Shown one piece after another: positions 34,680-45,303 of a stretch of DNA of 64,000 nt. The stretch comes from a virus. A program made the translations under genes and the position numbers. The notes below the pieces were generated by a model. That model had not been told where the DNA came from and did not search any database. It saw only the letters and a list, made by a program, of their open reading frames with translations. Numbering within the stretch: position 1 is the first letter of the stretch; each line of letters starts with the position of its first letter. Location: IMG/VR virus record IMGVR_UViG_3300024346_000007. One strand, given 5' to 3'.

Positions 34680-35335
34680 ACTTTGTACTTTGTATTATAT
34701 ATCTCTACGTCTTTGTTTTTTATTTCATCGAATGCTGGATCATCCGATGTTGTACTCATTTTAGTTTGTATAGGGAATGTCATTAAGTAATTTAATCTAC
34801 CAGCTATTCTGTTTTGGTGGTATAGGTAGTCATCCCCACACCATACTTTCATTTCTTCTGGTATGGTTACATAATGATTTTTATGCATAACCATGAATAT
34901 ACCAAATCCCCACGTTCTTTCAGGAATGTCAACTAAATTAAATTCATTTATTATAAATCTTTTAGGACTCTCTACCTGTTGTATTGATGGATGACAAGCT
35001 CCAATTACTCCCATAGTTTCCATATTAGCTTGAGATAGCCCAGTAAATATTTGTTCTGGTACTGTTACATCATCATTTATTATGGCTATATAATCTTCTT
35101 TTGCTATAGACACTCCTAAATTCCAAGCAGGGTTTACATATATGTTTTTATTTTGGGAGTGTATTTGCAACTTATCATTAAATAATATCTTTGAAACATT
35201 ACTATCGTTTTCAGTATTATCTATTAATATAACTTCAGATACAAAAGGATCTTCATATAAATTAGCTAATAGTTCATTTGTAATATCAATACATCTGAAC
35301 ATTGTAGGTACTATAACAGAGAATTTTTTTTCCAT
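34676..35335 (-). CDS. GT2 glycosyltransferase
   Basis: SVIVPT, IDN, AWNLG, INDD. Confidence 0.85.
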   Translation of the reverse strand: MEKKFSVIVPTMFRCIDITNELLANLYEDPFVSEVILIDNTENDSNVSKILFNDKLQIHSQNKNIYVNPAWNLGVSIAKEDYIAIINDDVTVPEQIFTGLSQANMETMGVIGACHPSIQQVESPKRFIINEFNLVDIPERTWGFGIFMVMHKNHYVTIPEEMKVWCGDDYLYHQNRIAGRLNYLMTFPIQTKMSTTSDDPAFDEIKNKDVEIYNTKYKV

Positions 35336-36261
35336 TAATATTCTTTAAACTTTCTTAAAATAGTATCAACTCTTTGTACTTGGGTATGATTCTTCATAAC
35401 TTTATTGTGTCCGTTCAAAGATATTCTTTGTCTATCTTCTTTAGCCTCTTCACTAAGATAGTAGTTTATTTTAGAGACACACTCTCCCAAACTATCGTAG
35501 TAAACTATATCTTCGTTTTCTACAAAGAGTTCGTCTATATTACTTTGAATAGGAAGTCTATCTGTAATAACTAGCTTTCCACAAGCCATGCCTTCAAACA
35601 ATCTTCTAGTTATCTCATGCCATCTGCTTTGTTGGAACACTATGATTCCGCTATTAAGGAAATCACCATACTCCATTCCAGATAACCCATTTCTATTTAT
35701 AAACTTATCAGGCATTATTTGACTAAGGTAGTCCATCAAATTAGAACCTCCAGGGCCTCTAGTAGATCTAACCTTTGGAAGTTCATCAAACGGGGTAAAC
35801 CCTGAGTATGGCTTATGTATATTGCTGTCTGCGAAGTGCGTCCACCATTCTGCGTTTATGTGCCTCCTCTTATATTCTAAGTAAGAGTCGTGGGCTGGAG
35901 TTAAAGTAAGATGGAACTTAGAGGCTTTGCTAGAATTACGTTCAAAGTTCTGGGGATCGTCTCCTGATTCCATTACCCAGAAAGCTCCGGGTATATTTTT
36001 ACTATCTAGTAAAGGAGAATCAAATCTACCCCAATCCATGTACATTATAATGTCTGGGTTGAATTCTTTTGATGTGCTATCATCAATAAGCTTTTGTATG
36101 TTAGTGTCTATATAATTGTCATACACATCAAATATAGAGTATATTTTTGTTTCCCATCCTCTAGACTCAAACTCTTTAACCACGCTCAAAGGCGTGTTCC
36201 ATACGTCCGTAGGACGGTGTGCGAATATAAAAGCTATTTTATTTACTAAAGACTGCATCAT
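35335..36261 (-). CDS. GT-B glycosyltransferase (Glyco_trans_1_2-like)
   Basis: GDDPQ, RRLFEGMACG.LVITD, GH..V..NHT..QR. Confidence 0.8.
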   Translation of the reverse strand: MMQSLVNKIAFIFAHRPTDVWNTPLSVVKEFESRGWETKIYSIFDVYDNYIDTNIQKLIDDSTSKEFNPDIIMYMDWGRFDSPLLDSKNIPGAFWVMESGDDPQNFERNSSKASKFHLTLTPAHDSYLEYKRRHINAEWWTHFADSNIHKPYSGFTPFDELPKVRSTRGPGGSNLMDYLSQIMPDKFINRNGLSGMEYGDFLNSGIIVFQQSRWHEITRRLFEGMACGKLVITDRLPIQSNIDELFVENEDIVYYDSLGECVSKINYYLSEEAKEDRQRISLNGHNKVMKNHTQVQRVDTILRKFKEY

Positions 36262-36874
36262 AAGTTCCAGTTCTATTTTCGTACTCGTATCTTTTATACC
36301 CTAAGCTAAATAAATATTCTATCATATCCTTCTCTTTATGCCACATAGGTTGACCAGGTATAAAACCAATCTCCATAACTATTTTACTTGGTATATGTTT
36401 TTTGAACAACTCTTTACACCCTTCTATAAATAAATGTTCTGATTGTTCTATATCTACTTTTATAACTTGTGGTAGAGGTAGCTTATCTGTATTGATTAAA
36501 TCTGATAGAGATCTCCCTGATACTAGTTCTTGTTGTCCATAAGAAACTATTTCGGAAAGAGTATTCCATCCAAGATTGTCTCCTGATCTAGATATAGCTA
36601 CTTCTCTATTGGATTCTATAAGAGCGTAGTTAAATGGTTTTACATTAGGTTTATTTTGAAACCGTTCCACAATGTAATTATAATAATCTTTAATAGGCTC
36701 AAATATATACACCTCTACATCAGGAAGTTTTTGTAAAACTAAGTCTGTAAAGGATCCTACATTCCCACCTACGTCATATAACACCCCATTAGGTTCTAAA
36801 CTGTCAACTGCCTCTTGAACTTCTTTATCTAGTGTGGATTTTAATACGGCATCCCAGCCACTATAATCAGCCAT
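36239..36874 (-). CDS. FkbM-family methyltransferase
   Basis: YDVGGNVG, FEP, IKVDIE. Confidence 0.85.
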   Translation of the reverse strand: MADYSGWDAVLKSTLDKEVQEAVDSLEPNGVLYDVGGNVGSFTDLVLQKLPDVEVYIFEPIKDYYNYIVERFQNKPNVKPFNYALIESNREVAISRSGDNLGWNTLSEIVSYGQQELVSGRSLSDLINTDKLPLPQVIKVDIEQSEHLFIEGCKELFKKHIPSKIVMEIGFIPGQPMWHKEKDMIEYLFSLGYKRYEYENRTGTYDAVFSK

Positions 36875-37790
36875 TTATTAGTATTTTAAATTTTTGCATA
36901 ATGACCTCAGGTTTAAATTGATCTACCAGAGGCTTAATATTGTAATCCTTCTTTTCAAAAGAAGTAAGTATTGCATACAGCTCATTGCCATTGCTATAGT
37001 ATAAACCTTTGTCACCAAGAACATGTATATGATTTCTATCTCTACATTGTATGTTAGTGACTACTGGTTTGTTTTGATGTAGGAACTCTGCTACCGCTAA
37101 ACCAAAAGACTCTCCATCGCTTCTTCCATGTATCATAGCATCGCATGTATTGATGAATGCTGCCTTAGTATTAACGTCTGTATTAGCTTCTGAATACATA
37201 ACATTAGGGTGCTGAAAATTAAGTTGCTTTGTATTCATTAACAAGAATTTAATTCCCTTATCCGCAGAGGCTTTGATAACTTCTCCTAAATATGGGATAT
37301 CAAATTGATCAAGACCTCCGTATCTTCCAAATATAATATCACTATGAGATGCTCCAATGAAATCTCTAAAGTCTTCTTTTATATCAGGTAGAGATACGAT
37401 GTGAGGAAGATAGTCTACATTGTGCTTTTTACCCAGCCACTCACTCACTGCTACATACACATCTCCATGTCTGTCAGAGGCATCAAACACTGCATGTACA
37501 ATGTTTTTAGCACCAGGAAATAATATACCATCATTAAATCCAGCCTTTATAAAATAAGCAACATCTATTTTATAAGAAGAAGATAGTCCTAACTCTCCAA
37601 AAGTATTATACAATATAACTCTATCTCCAAATCTACTTTTAAACTTTTCTAAAGAAGACATATCAGAATTAGCAGGAGCTGCTATATAAGATACATTACC
37701 TAATATAGTTTCATTATAGTGGGCATAGTCATATAAAGCTACTTCAGTTCCTCTAATTCCTAATTGATTAGAGTGGAATAGTATATTCAT
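36867..37790 (-). CDS. GT-B glycosyltransferase
   Basis: RGTEVALYDYA, H.R.DGESFGLAVAE. Confidence 0.8.
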   Translation of the reverse strand: MNILFHSNQLGIRGTEVALYDYAHYNETILGNVSYIAAPANSDMSSLEKFKSRFGDRVILYNTFGELGLSSSYKIDVAYFIKAGFNDGILFPGAKNIVHAVFDASDRHGDVYVAVSEWLGKKHNVDYLPHIVSLPDIKEDFRDFIGASHSDIIFGRYGGLDQFDIPYLGEVIKASADKGIKFLLMNTKQLNFQHPNVMYSEANTDVNTKAAFINTCDAMIHGRSDGESFGLAVAEFLHQNKPVVTNIQCRDRNHIHVLGDKGLYYSNGNELYAILTSFEKKDYNIKPLVDQFKPEVIMQKFKILING

Positions 37791-38413
37791 TACAGAGTAT
37801 TGTAGAAATTATTTTGAGCTTCTTGCCTTTTAATATCCTTTATATGTAGCAGGCAGTAATCCTCAGTTTCAAATGGAAGCATAGCATGTGTGTCATGCCC
37901 TACTAATCTTTCATGCACTTTTCCTTCCCATGCTATCTCTGGCTTGTTTAATACTATTCTAGTTTGAGGATCCGGATAATTAATATACCCTTTATCATTA
38001 ACATTCCATCCCCATTTCTGAATATGTTCTTGAGTTAATCCTGGTACTACGTTTATCCTAGGGACTAAAAACATGTCTATGTTTATGTTGTTTAGTAGTA
38101 TTTCTTTGATAGTCAATAGAAGATTCTCATGAACATTCTCATCTGCATCTATAAAGAATATGTAATCTTTTTTACACATTGACTTAGCAAAATTCTTATG
38201 TGCAGCAAAATCTTTACCCAAGGAATTAAAGTATAGATTAACTCTATCTTTATATTCATCTAATGTATTTACTGTAGATTTTTCTGTAGAAAAATCATCT
38301 ACTATTACAATTTCATCCTCTGGTTGTAAATGTTTTAGTAGTCTGTCTAGTAAAGGTTTTATATAATTTTCCCCTTCGTTATGTGTAGTTATACAATATG
38401 ATATAGGTACCAT
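37790..38413 (-). CDS. GT2 glycosyltransferase
   Basis: THNE, DDFS, IDADE, VHE. Confidence 0.9.
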   Translation of the reverse strand: MVPISYCITTHNEGENYIKPLLDRLLKHLQPEDEIVIVDDFSTEKSTVNTLDEYKDRVNLYFNSLGKDFAAHKNFAKSMCKKDYIFFIDADENVHENLLLTIKEILLNNINIDMFLVPRINVVPGLTQEHIQKWGWNVNDKGYINYPDPQTRIVLNKPEIAWEGKVHERLVGHDTHAMLPFETEDYCLLHIKDIKRQEAQNNFYNTL

Positions 38414-38417
38414 AAAA

Positions 38418-38861
38418 TTAAATTAATCCTGCGGCTTCTAAAGCCCTTGAAAAATATTCTTGATCGAAATGTAACACATGTTTCATATCAGTCTTATATT
38501 GATGGTAGGTTCCATCTGACTTTTTGAATCTCTCCTTCTCTTCCTCTACTACAGGTATGTGAGGTGCGAATGCCCACTTCCAATTATCTTTGGACGAACC
38601 ATCAGCGAATACAATACCCACCCCTTCTTTAGTAATTGTTGTTGGATACCACATAAACCCATCCTCATCTAGATACTTAATGTCCCTAAATAGATTTGGA
38701 ATCATAGACTCATATGATATTACAGTCTCTGTATTATTCAACAGTAGAGTATTTGTAGTGAATCCACACTGTAGACAGTCCCAGCTCACCACTCCATCGT
38801 TATGACGTTCGTAACACAACGGACTCTTACATTTTCGGCAGGTTGTTAATTGATCTTGCAT
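38418..38861 (-). CDS. Zn-ribbon hypothetical protein
   Basis: CRKC...CLQCG. Confidence 0.65.
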   Translation of the reverse strand: MQDQLTTCRKCKSPLCYERHNDGVVSWDCLQCGFTTNTLLLNNTETVISYESMIPNLFRDIKYLDEDGFMWYPTTITKEGVGIVFADGSSKDNWKWAFAPHIPVVEEEKERFKKSDGTYHQYKTDMKHVLHFDQEYFSRALEAAGLI

Positions 38862-38862
38862 A

Positions 38863-39243
38863 TTAATCTAATAATTGTTTTTTTGTTTCTTCTGGAGTTG
38901 TTTTACCCAGTGTGCTATTTGTGTAGTATCCAAATCCTTCAGGATAGTTTGTATAGTGCCAACAACCCATTTTATCGTTCCATACAGTTGTTGTTGTGTT
39001 ACCACCTCCTGTGTTAAGAAATCCAGTACTACCTGATGTTTGGATTGTTCCTGAAAAAGGATTATATGGTGGAGTTTCAGATTCAAAATCATCTATTTCA
39101 AAATCTAGCCCAACGCTCTCTTCATAATCTTCTACTTCATTCAAAACTTCTTTGATACGATCCCACTGCTTTGGTGTTGTAGTGAAATCATTACATGCTT
39201 CTGAGAATCCTTTTAGCCATATTACAAATTCATAACTTGTCAT
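38863..39243 (-). CDS. hypothetical protein
   Basis: EFVIWLKGF, P.QW..IKE.L. Confidence 0.6.
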   Translation of the reverse strand: MTSYEFVIWLKGFSEACNDFTTTPKQWDRIKEVLNEVEDYEESVGLDFEIDDFESETPPYNPFSGTIQTSGSTGFLNTGGGNTTTTVWNDKMGCWHYTNYPEGFGYYTNSTLGKTTPEETKKQLLD

Positions 39244-39244
39244 A

Positions 39245-40510
39245 TTATAAAGTTTTAAGCTTTGGAAGTTTTATCATTTGAGGAACGCTTAACTTAGGGA
39301 CATTCTTCTCAAGGATCTCAGCCAATCTTTCTACCATTTTATCATAGCTGAACTGGGTTCTGGATTGATGGCCTTGACGCTTTGCATTGTCTACATACTT
39401 GCTATAGTTTTCATACACAGCCTTTAAAGAATCCTCTACTGATTTAGGATCTGCTTTAAACCAACTAGATTCCTTTATAAGAAATTGATTAGCTGCTGAT
39501 GGATGTACCTGATCCACTTTTCCTTGCACAAAGATATTATATTCTTCATTAAGAAAGTCAACATGTCCACTGAAAGGAGATGCTATTATTGGTTTACTGG
39601 ATGCTGCTGAAAATTCTAAGTAAGGTCTACCGAATCCTTCGTTACCTACTAGAGCAAATGCTTTTACCTTTTCATGGTTGTACAGATGATTCATCTCTTC
39701 CTCAGTCAATTCTCCATATAAAATATAGATATTAGGCATATCACCGCCAACAGTCTTTCTTATAACATCTATATTATCTAGAATCTTTTCTTCTTCTATA
39801 ATACTGAAGCCTGCTAAGCTTGTCTTTAGGATTAAAGCAGGGCGTTTCTTCTTGTCCCTGAAGGCGTTTAAGAATGCTTTGATAAGTGTAGTCAGCTGCT
39901 TTCTATCCTCGCCTATATCACCAGCCAGCCAATGTCCTACAGACAAGAAGCAGAACTCTTCTTTTATTTCAGATAAATCTAAATTAGATTTTTCTAATCT
40001 CTTATATTTGTTTGTATCAACACCCTCAAATAAAACTTCAATAGGTTTTACTAATTTAACAGTTTCCTGTTTTTGTTTAGTGTTTTGATCTAACTTATCA
40101 AAGCTAGTATTTTTAGCTACGTCTTTTACAAAGTTAGAAGATACTATGTTGAAGTCCATTCTATTTAACCCTTCCAATAACTCAGCAGGTAATACTGTAG
40201 TCTCTACTAAAGCAGATACGCCAATACTAACTTTCCCTACAGATTGAAACTCATTAGCTACAGTAATCTGAAACCAGATGTCAGGTTGTTTTTCCATCTG
40301 GGATATCACCCTGTTAATTAAGTCCATCTCTTCTGGTATAGCCTCACTCAAAGCTCCATAAGGACATTCACCCCATCTCTGAGATAGAATATTAATATCC
40401 CACTCATCACCCTTAGCTTTAATAAGAGCTTTAACAAAATCACGACTACGGGATCCATAACCTGAGATAACATCTATCGGACAAGAAACAACACATGTAA
40501 GTTTATTCAT
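39245..40510 (-). CDS. GT4-like glycosyltransferase
   Basis: SGYG..SRD, EGFGRPYLE. Confidence 0.85.
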   Translation of the reverse strand: MNKLTCVVSCPIDVISGYGSRSRDFVKALIKAKGDEWDINILSQRWGECPYGALSEAIPEEMDLINRVISQMEKQPDIWFQITVANEFQSVGKVSIGVSALVETTVLPAELLEGLNRMDFNIVSSNFVKDVAKNTSFDKLDQNTKQKQETVKLVKPIEVLFEGVDTNKYKRLEKSNLDLSEIKEEFCFLSVGHWLAGDIGEDRKQLTTLIKAFLNAFRDKKKRPALILKTSLAGFSIIEEEKILDNIDVIRKTVGGDMPNIYILYGELTEEEMNHLYNHEKVKAFALVGNEGFGRPYLEFSAASSKPIIASPFSGHVDFLNEEYNIFVQGKVDQVHPSAANQFLIKESSWFKADPKSVEDSLKAVYENYSKYVDNAKRQGHQSRTQFSYDKMVERLAEILEKNVPKLSVPQMIKLPKLKTL

Positions 40511-40519
40511 AACAATTGA

Positions 40520-41959
40520 TTACAAAGATATATAATGTTTTAGAGTTTTCAATGGTCTATCCTCTATTTTTTTAATATGAAACCTTTCTCTAGGTTTCCA
40601 GTTTTCTAAAGTGTGATATATAGCAGCTGTGAAGTTCTCACCCATAGCCCTAGCACTCATCATAGACTCAGGAGAAGTTACCCACTCTCTTGCTAGTAAT
40701 CCTTTCCTATCTCTCTCCTCTGTCCCCATACTATATATTTCCATGATAGCCTTAGATGCATCTCTAAAATCTGCTCTATCATCTGAGATGTATGGAGTTG
40801 GAGGAGATCCTTGTATGCTAATACCGGAAGGGAATACTGGTATAGCCCACTCTCCGCACTTCTTATACTTTCCTAGATGGTTAGTGCAGAAAGATTCATC
40901 AAACTCAATCCAGTTTCCTTTCTCATCTTCAAACCTCATTTGATCTTGCATGCCTCCAGTTACGTTTGCAATAATCATTCTTCCACACATCATAGACTCG
41001 GTAAGCGATAGCCCCCAACCTTCATTAGATGACAGTAGTATGGTAGCATCTGAAGAGTTATATAACATATTCATATAATCTACTCCTGCTCCAGGATCTG
41101 AGAATATTACTTGGTCTCTCCTATCTCCCATGAACAGATCAATAACTACCGGTAAATCTGTACCATTGTCATCCACTTTGTGGGTATGTAGTACTAAACA
41201 GCACTTATCTGCTTTTTCTGATGGTAGTTGGTCTAGGAAGTGTCTAAACGCTAGTATTGTATCTGGTATAGACTTTCTTCTAATGTTTCTACTGTTGAAT
41301 AGTAATACGAATTCGTATGGCTTATCTTTAAGTAGATTATTTTTAAAGGCCTGTAGTTTTGAGTACTGGTCGTGTTCTTTCCTTATTGGGAAGAAGTTGT
41401 TCTCATTAATACCATGTGGGAAGTATTTAATGATTTTATCTTTAGCATACTCTCCTAATACTATCTCATTTAATATTTTTGTCTGCTTTGATATAGCTAA
41501 CAACGTATCGCATGATCTGTAGTAATTCTTGTTGTATAGAGGGGCTGGCTCACAATCCCAGATGTTTATATATACCATAGGAATAGTTTTCCTAATCTCC
41601 TGTTCTATTCTGAATAGCCACTCGTAATATCTAGGGTCAGTAATGAATACTAGTAAGTCAGGCTTTTCTACAGCTATTAACTGTCTTATGAAGTCTTGAG
41701 TTCCGTATCCATTTGTAGGATATAATATAACTGAGGAGTCTGGTATACCGGCTATCTCATTTGTGGATTGAGATAGATCCATCCTTTTATTCTTATCTGG
41801 ATGATCTATAGCTCCACCTATACATGCGTAGTTAAAAGTGTGAGAAGTACCTAGTACTAATTCCCTGGAGATAGTTGCGATGCCTGAAAAAAACCTAATA
41901 TCATCCCCTATGAAGAGGATTTTTTTCCTGTCTTCTTTTTTAATATAACCTGCTTTCAT
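40520..41959 (-). CDS. GT4-like glycosyltransferase
   Basis: RNIRRK, EGWGLSLTE. Confidence 0.85.
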   Translation of the reverse strand: MKAGYIKKEDRKKILFIGDDIRFFSGIATISRELVLGTSHTFNYACIGGAIDHPDKNKRMDLSQSTNEIAGIPDSSVILYPTNGYGTQDFIRQLIAVEKPDLLVFITDPRYYEWLFRIEQEIRKTIPMVYINIWDCEPAPLYNKNYYRSCDTLLAISKQTKILNEIVLGEYAKDKIIKYFPHGINENNFFPIRKEHDQYSKLQAFKNNLLKDKPYEFVLLFNSRNIRRKSIPDTILAFRHFLDQLPSEKADKCCLVLHTHKVDDNGTDLPVVIDLFMGDRRDQVIFSDPGAGVDYMNMLYNSSDATILLSSNEGWGLSLTESMMCGRMIIANVTGGMQDQMRFEDEKGNWIEFDESFCTNHLGKYKKCGEWAIPVFPSGISIQGSPPTPYISDDRADFRDASKAIMEIYSMGTEERDRKGLLAREWVTSPESMMSARAMGENFTAAIYHTLENWKPRERFHIKKIEDRPLKTLKHYISL

Positions 41960-41975
41960 TATTTGTTTTTATTTG

Positions 41976-42170
41976 TTATAGACTTCCACTGGTTGCTAAG
42001 TTGTTATAAGTCAACATTTTAACTTGAAACTCCGGGTCAGTGAGGTACAAATGGATAGTCCTGTTTACAAATTTTTGTAATGATAACCCTGTCCTTGCGC
42101 TTTCTACCTTGAAATTTTCAGATAGATCTTTGTGTATTTTAACACTTGTTAATTTTAATTTATCTTTCAT
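41976..42170 (-). CDS. ribbon-helix-helix-like DNA-binding protein
   Basis: TSVKI...L...FK....LSLQKFVNR. Confidence 0.55.
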   Translation of the reverse strand: MKDKLKLTSVKIHKDLSENFKVESARTGLSLQKFVNRTIHLYLTDPEFQVKMLTYNNLATSGSL

Positions 42171-42218
42171 AATGTAATTATATATAATAAATATATAAAA
42201 AGTACATTAAAATTATAC

Positions 42219-43163
42219 TTAACCCATATTTTTTTTATCACAAAGATCAGGTCTATCTTTAAATGCGCAGAACCTACAGTTATTTCCAGAGGCTACTTTA
42301 GTATGTACTTTTTCTTTTGCAGTTCCGTCATCATTAAAACACTCATTTATAAAATTAATAAGACGCTGTCCGGCTTGGTGTACTTTAGATTTTCCATTAG
42401 CAGGCTCGTGTATTTGTATTCTAGATTGAGGGAAGTCCGCATTTTCATACAGCTTTCTTTTAAGTATACGGAACCTAGGAATAATCTTGGCCTCTTCTAC
42501 TCCAAACTGTTTTGCAAAGTATTTCTTGTATAAAAGAATTTGAGCTTGCTTAGTCTCATCTTTCTTTTCGTAATCTCTCCAGCCTTTAGTAGAAGTTTTA
42601 AAATCTTCAATGTATATAGTCCCGTCAGTCTTATCTCTAAGCACTAGATCTATATACCCATGGAATAAAAATGTATCTTCTATGTCTCTAATTTCTGTGA
42701 GGATTGGTATTTCCATACCTAGCATCTCCATATCTTTAGTTGAAAAGTATGCCAATCTTTTCTTTCTAAAGTAGTTTAGTATCTCTACTCCGTCCTGATA
42801 GAACTCTGCCATCTCTTGCTTTGTGGAGAAGTGAGCTCCTCCATTGTTAGTAACCTCTTTGACGTATTCTTCTCTAAATACTTTCTCAAAGTGTTCTACC
42901 ATATCGAAAGCATCGGATGCTTTTACAGAATCATTAAATAGTATAGCTAAGTATTGTTGTAGGGCTTCATGTATAGCTGTACCAAATACAGTATTAATAC
43001 TTGCTGTAAATAAGTAATGACCCTTAGCGTAAGTAAGATACCAACGATATGGACAGGCCTCGTATACAGAGTATTGAGAGAAGGATATATGTTTCTGTCC
43101 TTCTCTCTTCTCTGTTCTTATTTTTGGAGATATACTTTCTGATAAAGCTATTGCTTGTTTCAT
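42219..43163 (-). CDS. PD-(D/E)xK nuclease (Cas4/AddB-like exonuclease)
   Basis: SFSQ....CP, GTAIH, GYID, DFKT, Q..LY, CRFC...C. Confidence 0.85.
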   Translation of the reverse strand: MKQAIALSESISPKIRTEKREGQKHISFSQYSVYEACPYRWYLTYAKGHYLFTASINTVFGTAIHEALQQYLAILFNDSVKASDAFDMVEHFEKVFREEYVKEVTNNGGAHFSTKQEMAEFYQDGVEILNYFRKKRLAYFSTKDMEMLGMEIPILTEIRDIEDTFLFHGYIDLVLRDKTDGTIYIEDFKTSTKGWRDYEKKDETKQAQILLYKKYFAKQFGVEEAKIIPRFRILKRKLYENADFPQSRIQIHEPANGKSKVHQAGQRLINFINECFNDDGTAKEKVHTKVASGNNCRFCAFKDRPDLCDKKNMG

Positions 43164-43354
43164 TCTATCTGTTTTATCAAATCTTCTAGATCTTCTGTTG
43201 TCTTTTCAATCTCTGTTATTAAATAATGAAATTGCGCCTGCACTTCTTCTGACATTAAATCTTCTTTATTTGATAAAGCTTCTATTTGAATATTGTAATC
43301 GTCTAATCTTTTATTACAATTTTCTATACCTTCATTTATCTCTTCTAATGTCAT
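43160..43354 (-). CDS. coiled-coil hypothetical protein
   Basis: Operon ORF. Confidence 0.55.
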   Translation of the reverse strand: MTLEEINEGIENCNKRLDDYNIQIEALSNKEDLMSEEVQAQFHYLITEIEKTTEDLEDLIKQIE

Positions 43355-43365
43355 AACCTTTATTT

Positions 43366-43626
43366 TTAAAAAATGTTACTATCATCTTTTTCTACTTCCT
43401 CTTCCATACCTAATGGAGAGAATTCTTTGTTTACGTGTTGACACTTGATACAATAGAATGTTGGTACTGGTATCACTTGATCCTTATCGCTAGATGCAGC
43501 TACTAGGAATTTAGAAACCTTACGAAGATACAAACCTTCTGTAAAAATATTACTTCCGCAGTTCTCACATACTACTCCTGTAGTCTGATCAAATCTTACA
43601 TTTGCTAATGGATTCTGTTGTTGCAT
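43366..43626 (-). CDS. Zn-ribbon protein
   Basis: CENCG...CIKC.H. Confidence 0.7.
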   Translation of the reverse strand: MQQQNPLANVRFDQTTGVVCENCGSNIFTEGLYLRKVSKFLVAASSDKDQVIPVPTFYCIKCQHVNKEFSPLGMEEEVEKDDSNIF

Positions 43627-43637
43627 ATTATTTGTTT

Positions 43638-45293
43638 TTATTGCATGAATTGACTATAATCGATATTATCTTTCTTCTCGTCTCCTGTAAAGTATACTAC
43701 TGATTCTGTAGTAAGGATGGTACCAGCTACACTAGCAGCATTTTCAATAGCAGTCCTTGTTACTTTAGTAGGATCTAAGATACCTGCTGTGAAAAAGTTT
43801 TGAATCTCCCCAGTCTTGGCGTTGTATCCGTACCATATGCTATCATCTTCGTCAATAGCATAACTCTTTACACTACTTAGAATCTCATATGCATTCTCAA
43901 TACCAGCATTGGTAAGAATGGTTTTAAACGGTGCGTACAAAGCTTTAGTGACAATACGTACACCCAGTTCTTGATCATCGTTATCACAATCCAATACAGA
44001 CTCTTTAAGCAACTCTATACAGTTAATCAAGGCCATACCACCACCAGGAACGATACCTTGATCTAAGGCAGCTTTAGTAGCGTGTAATGCATCGTCTACA
44101 CGATCTTTCTTCTCTCTCATTTCAATCTCACTCATACCGCCAACATTGATAATAGCAACACCGCCAGTAAGTTTTGACAACCTCTCTTGTAGTTTTTCAA
44201 TTTCAAAGTTAGATTTGGCAATCTCGATTTGTTTTTTAATATCATTTAACCTCTGTTCAATACCTTCTACTGATCCTTTACCATCAATGATAGTGGTATC
44301 TTTAGATGATACATTTACCATACGAGCCTTACCGAACAATGGCTTGAACTCATCAGGCTTCATCTTTTCAATCTTATTACCTTTAGTAGGAGATACTACA
44401 GTACCGCCAGTAAGGATTGCAATGTCTTCTAAGATAGCAGTCCTACGATCACCAAAGTCAGGAGCCTTCACAGCACATACTTTAATAGTAGCGTTTGCTT
44501 TGTTAACTACCAAGATAGCCAATGCCTCATGCTCAATGTCTTCAGCAACGATAAGTAGAGGAAGACTTTCTGCATGTGCTGCTTGCAACAAAGGTAATAC
44601 CTGTGCAGTGCTGGTAAGTCTGCCATCATATAAGAATATCAACGGCTTATCAAACACAGCTTGCATTGTTGAGTTGTCTGTAACGAAGTATGGAGATTTA
44701 AAACCTCTGTCAAACATCATACCTTCTACTACTTCCAAAGAGGTCTCACCAGACTTTGACTCTTCTATAGCCACTACACCATCAGTACCCACTTTATCCA
44801 AAGCAGTAGCGATCAATGTCCCAATCTCAGAATCATTATTAGCAGAGATAGTTGCTACTTGCTTAATCTGATCTTCTGAAGAGATGTCTTTAGATATAGA
44901 CTTTAAACCAGCCACTACTGCTGATACTGCTTTATCAATACCTTTCTTTACTTCTACCGCGTTAGATCCTTGTGTAATGGCTTTAATACCTTCGTTCACC
45001 ATTACAGATGCCAATAGTGTGGAAGTTGTTGTACCATCTCCAGCTTTATCTGCTGATCTTACTGATACGCTTTTAATCATTTGAGCTCCGATATCCTCAA
45101 TAGGATCTTCAAGCTTTGTAAATGATTGTGCTACCGTAACACCATCTTTTGTAATCTTAATAGTACCATCAGCACCTCTAATGATTACATTCCTACCTGC
45201 AGGACCTAGTGTAGAGGACACACTTGCATTAATCTTGTTAACTCCCTCTAGGAGTTTCTTTTTGAGGTCTGTTCCAAATTCTGTCTTAATCAT
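43638..45293 (-). CDS. groEL: chaperonin GroEL
   Basis: TLGPAGRNV, TKDGVTVA, GDGTTT, GIVPGGG; lacks GGM tail. Confidence 0.97.
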   Translation of the reverse strand: MIKTEFGTDLKKKLLEGVNKINASVSSTLGPAGRNVIIRGADGTIKITKDGVTVAQSFTKLEDPIEDIGAQMIKSVSVRSADKAGDGTTTSTLLASVMVNEGIKAITQGSNAVEVKKGIDKAVSAVVAGLKSISKDISSEDQIKQVATISANNDSEIGTLIATALDKVGTDGVVAIEESKSGETSLEVVEGMMFDRGFKSPYFVTDNSTMQAVFDKPLIFLYDGRLTSTAQVLPLLQAAHAESLPLLIVAEDIEHEALAILVVNKANATIKVCAVKAPDFGDRRTAILEDIAILTGGTVVSPTKGNKIEKMKPDEFKPLFGKARMVNVSSKDTTIIDGKGSVEGIEQRLNDIKKQIEIAKSNFEIEKLQERLSKLTGGVAIINVGGMSEIEMREKKDRVDDALHATKAALDQGIVPGGGMALINCIELLKESVLDCDNDDQELGVRIVTKALYAPFKTILTNAGIENAYEILSSVKSYAIDEDDSIWYGYNAKTGEIQNFFTAGILDPTKVTRTAIENAASVAGTILTTESVVYFTGDEKKDNIDYSQFMQ

Positions 45294-45303
45294 AACTGTT
45301 TAT

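Noticed and set aside
44146-44871. 241-aa + strand ORF and other antisense ORFs in the track (e.g. 3818-4225, 19083-19469, 41130-41522)
   Set aside because: Shadow frames opposite well-supported genes, with no motifs or leaders
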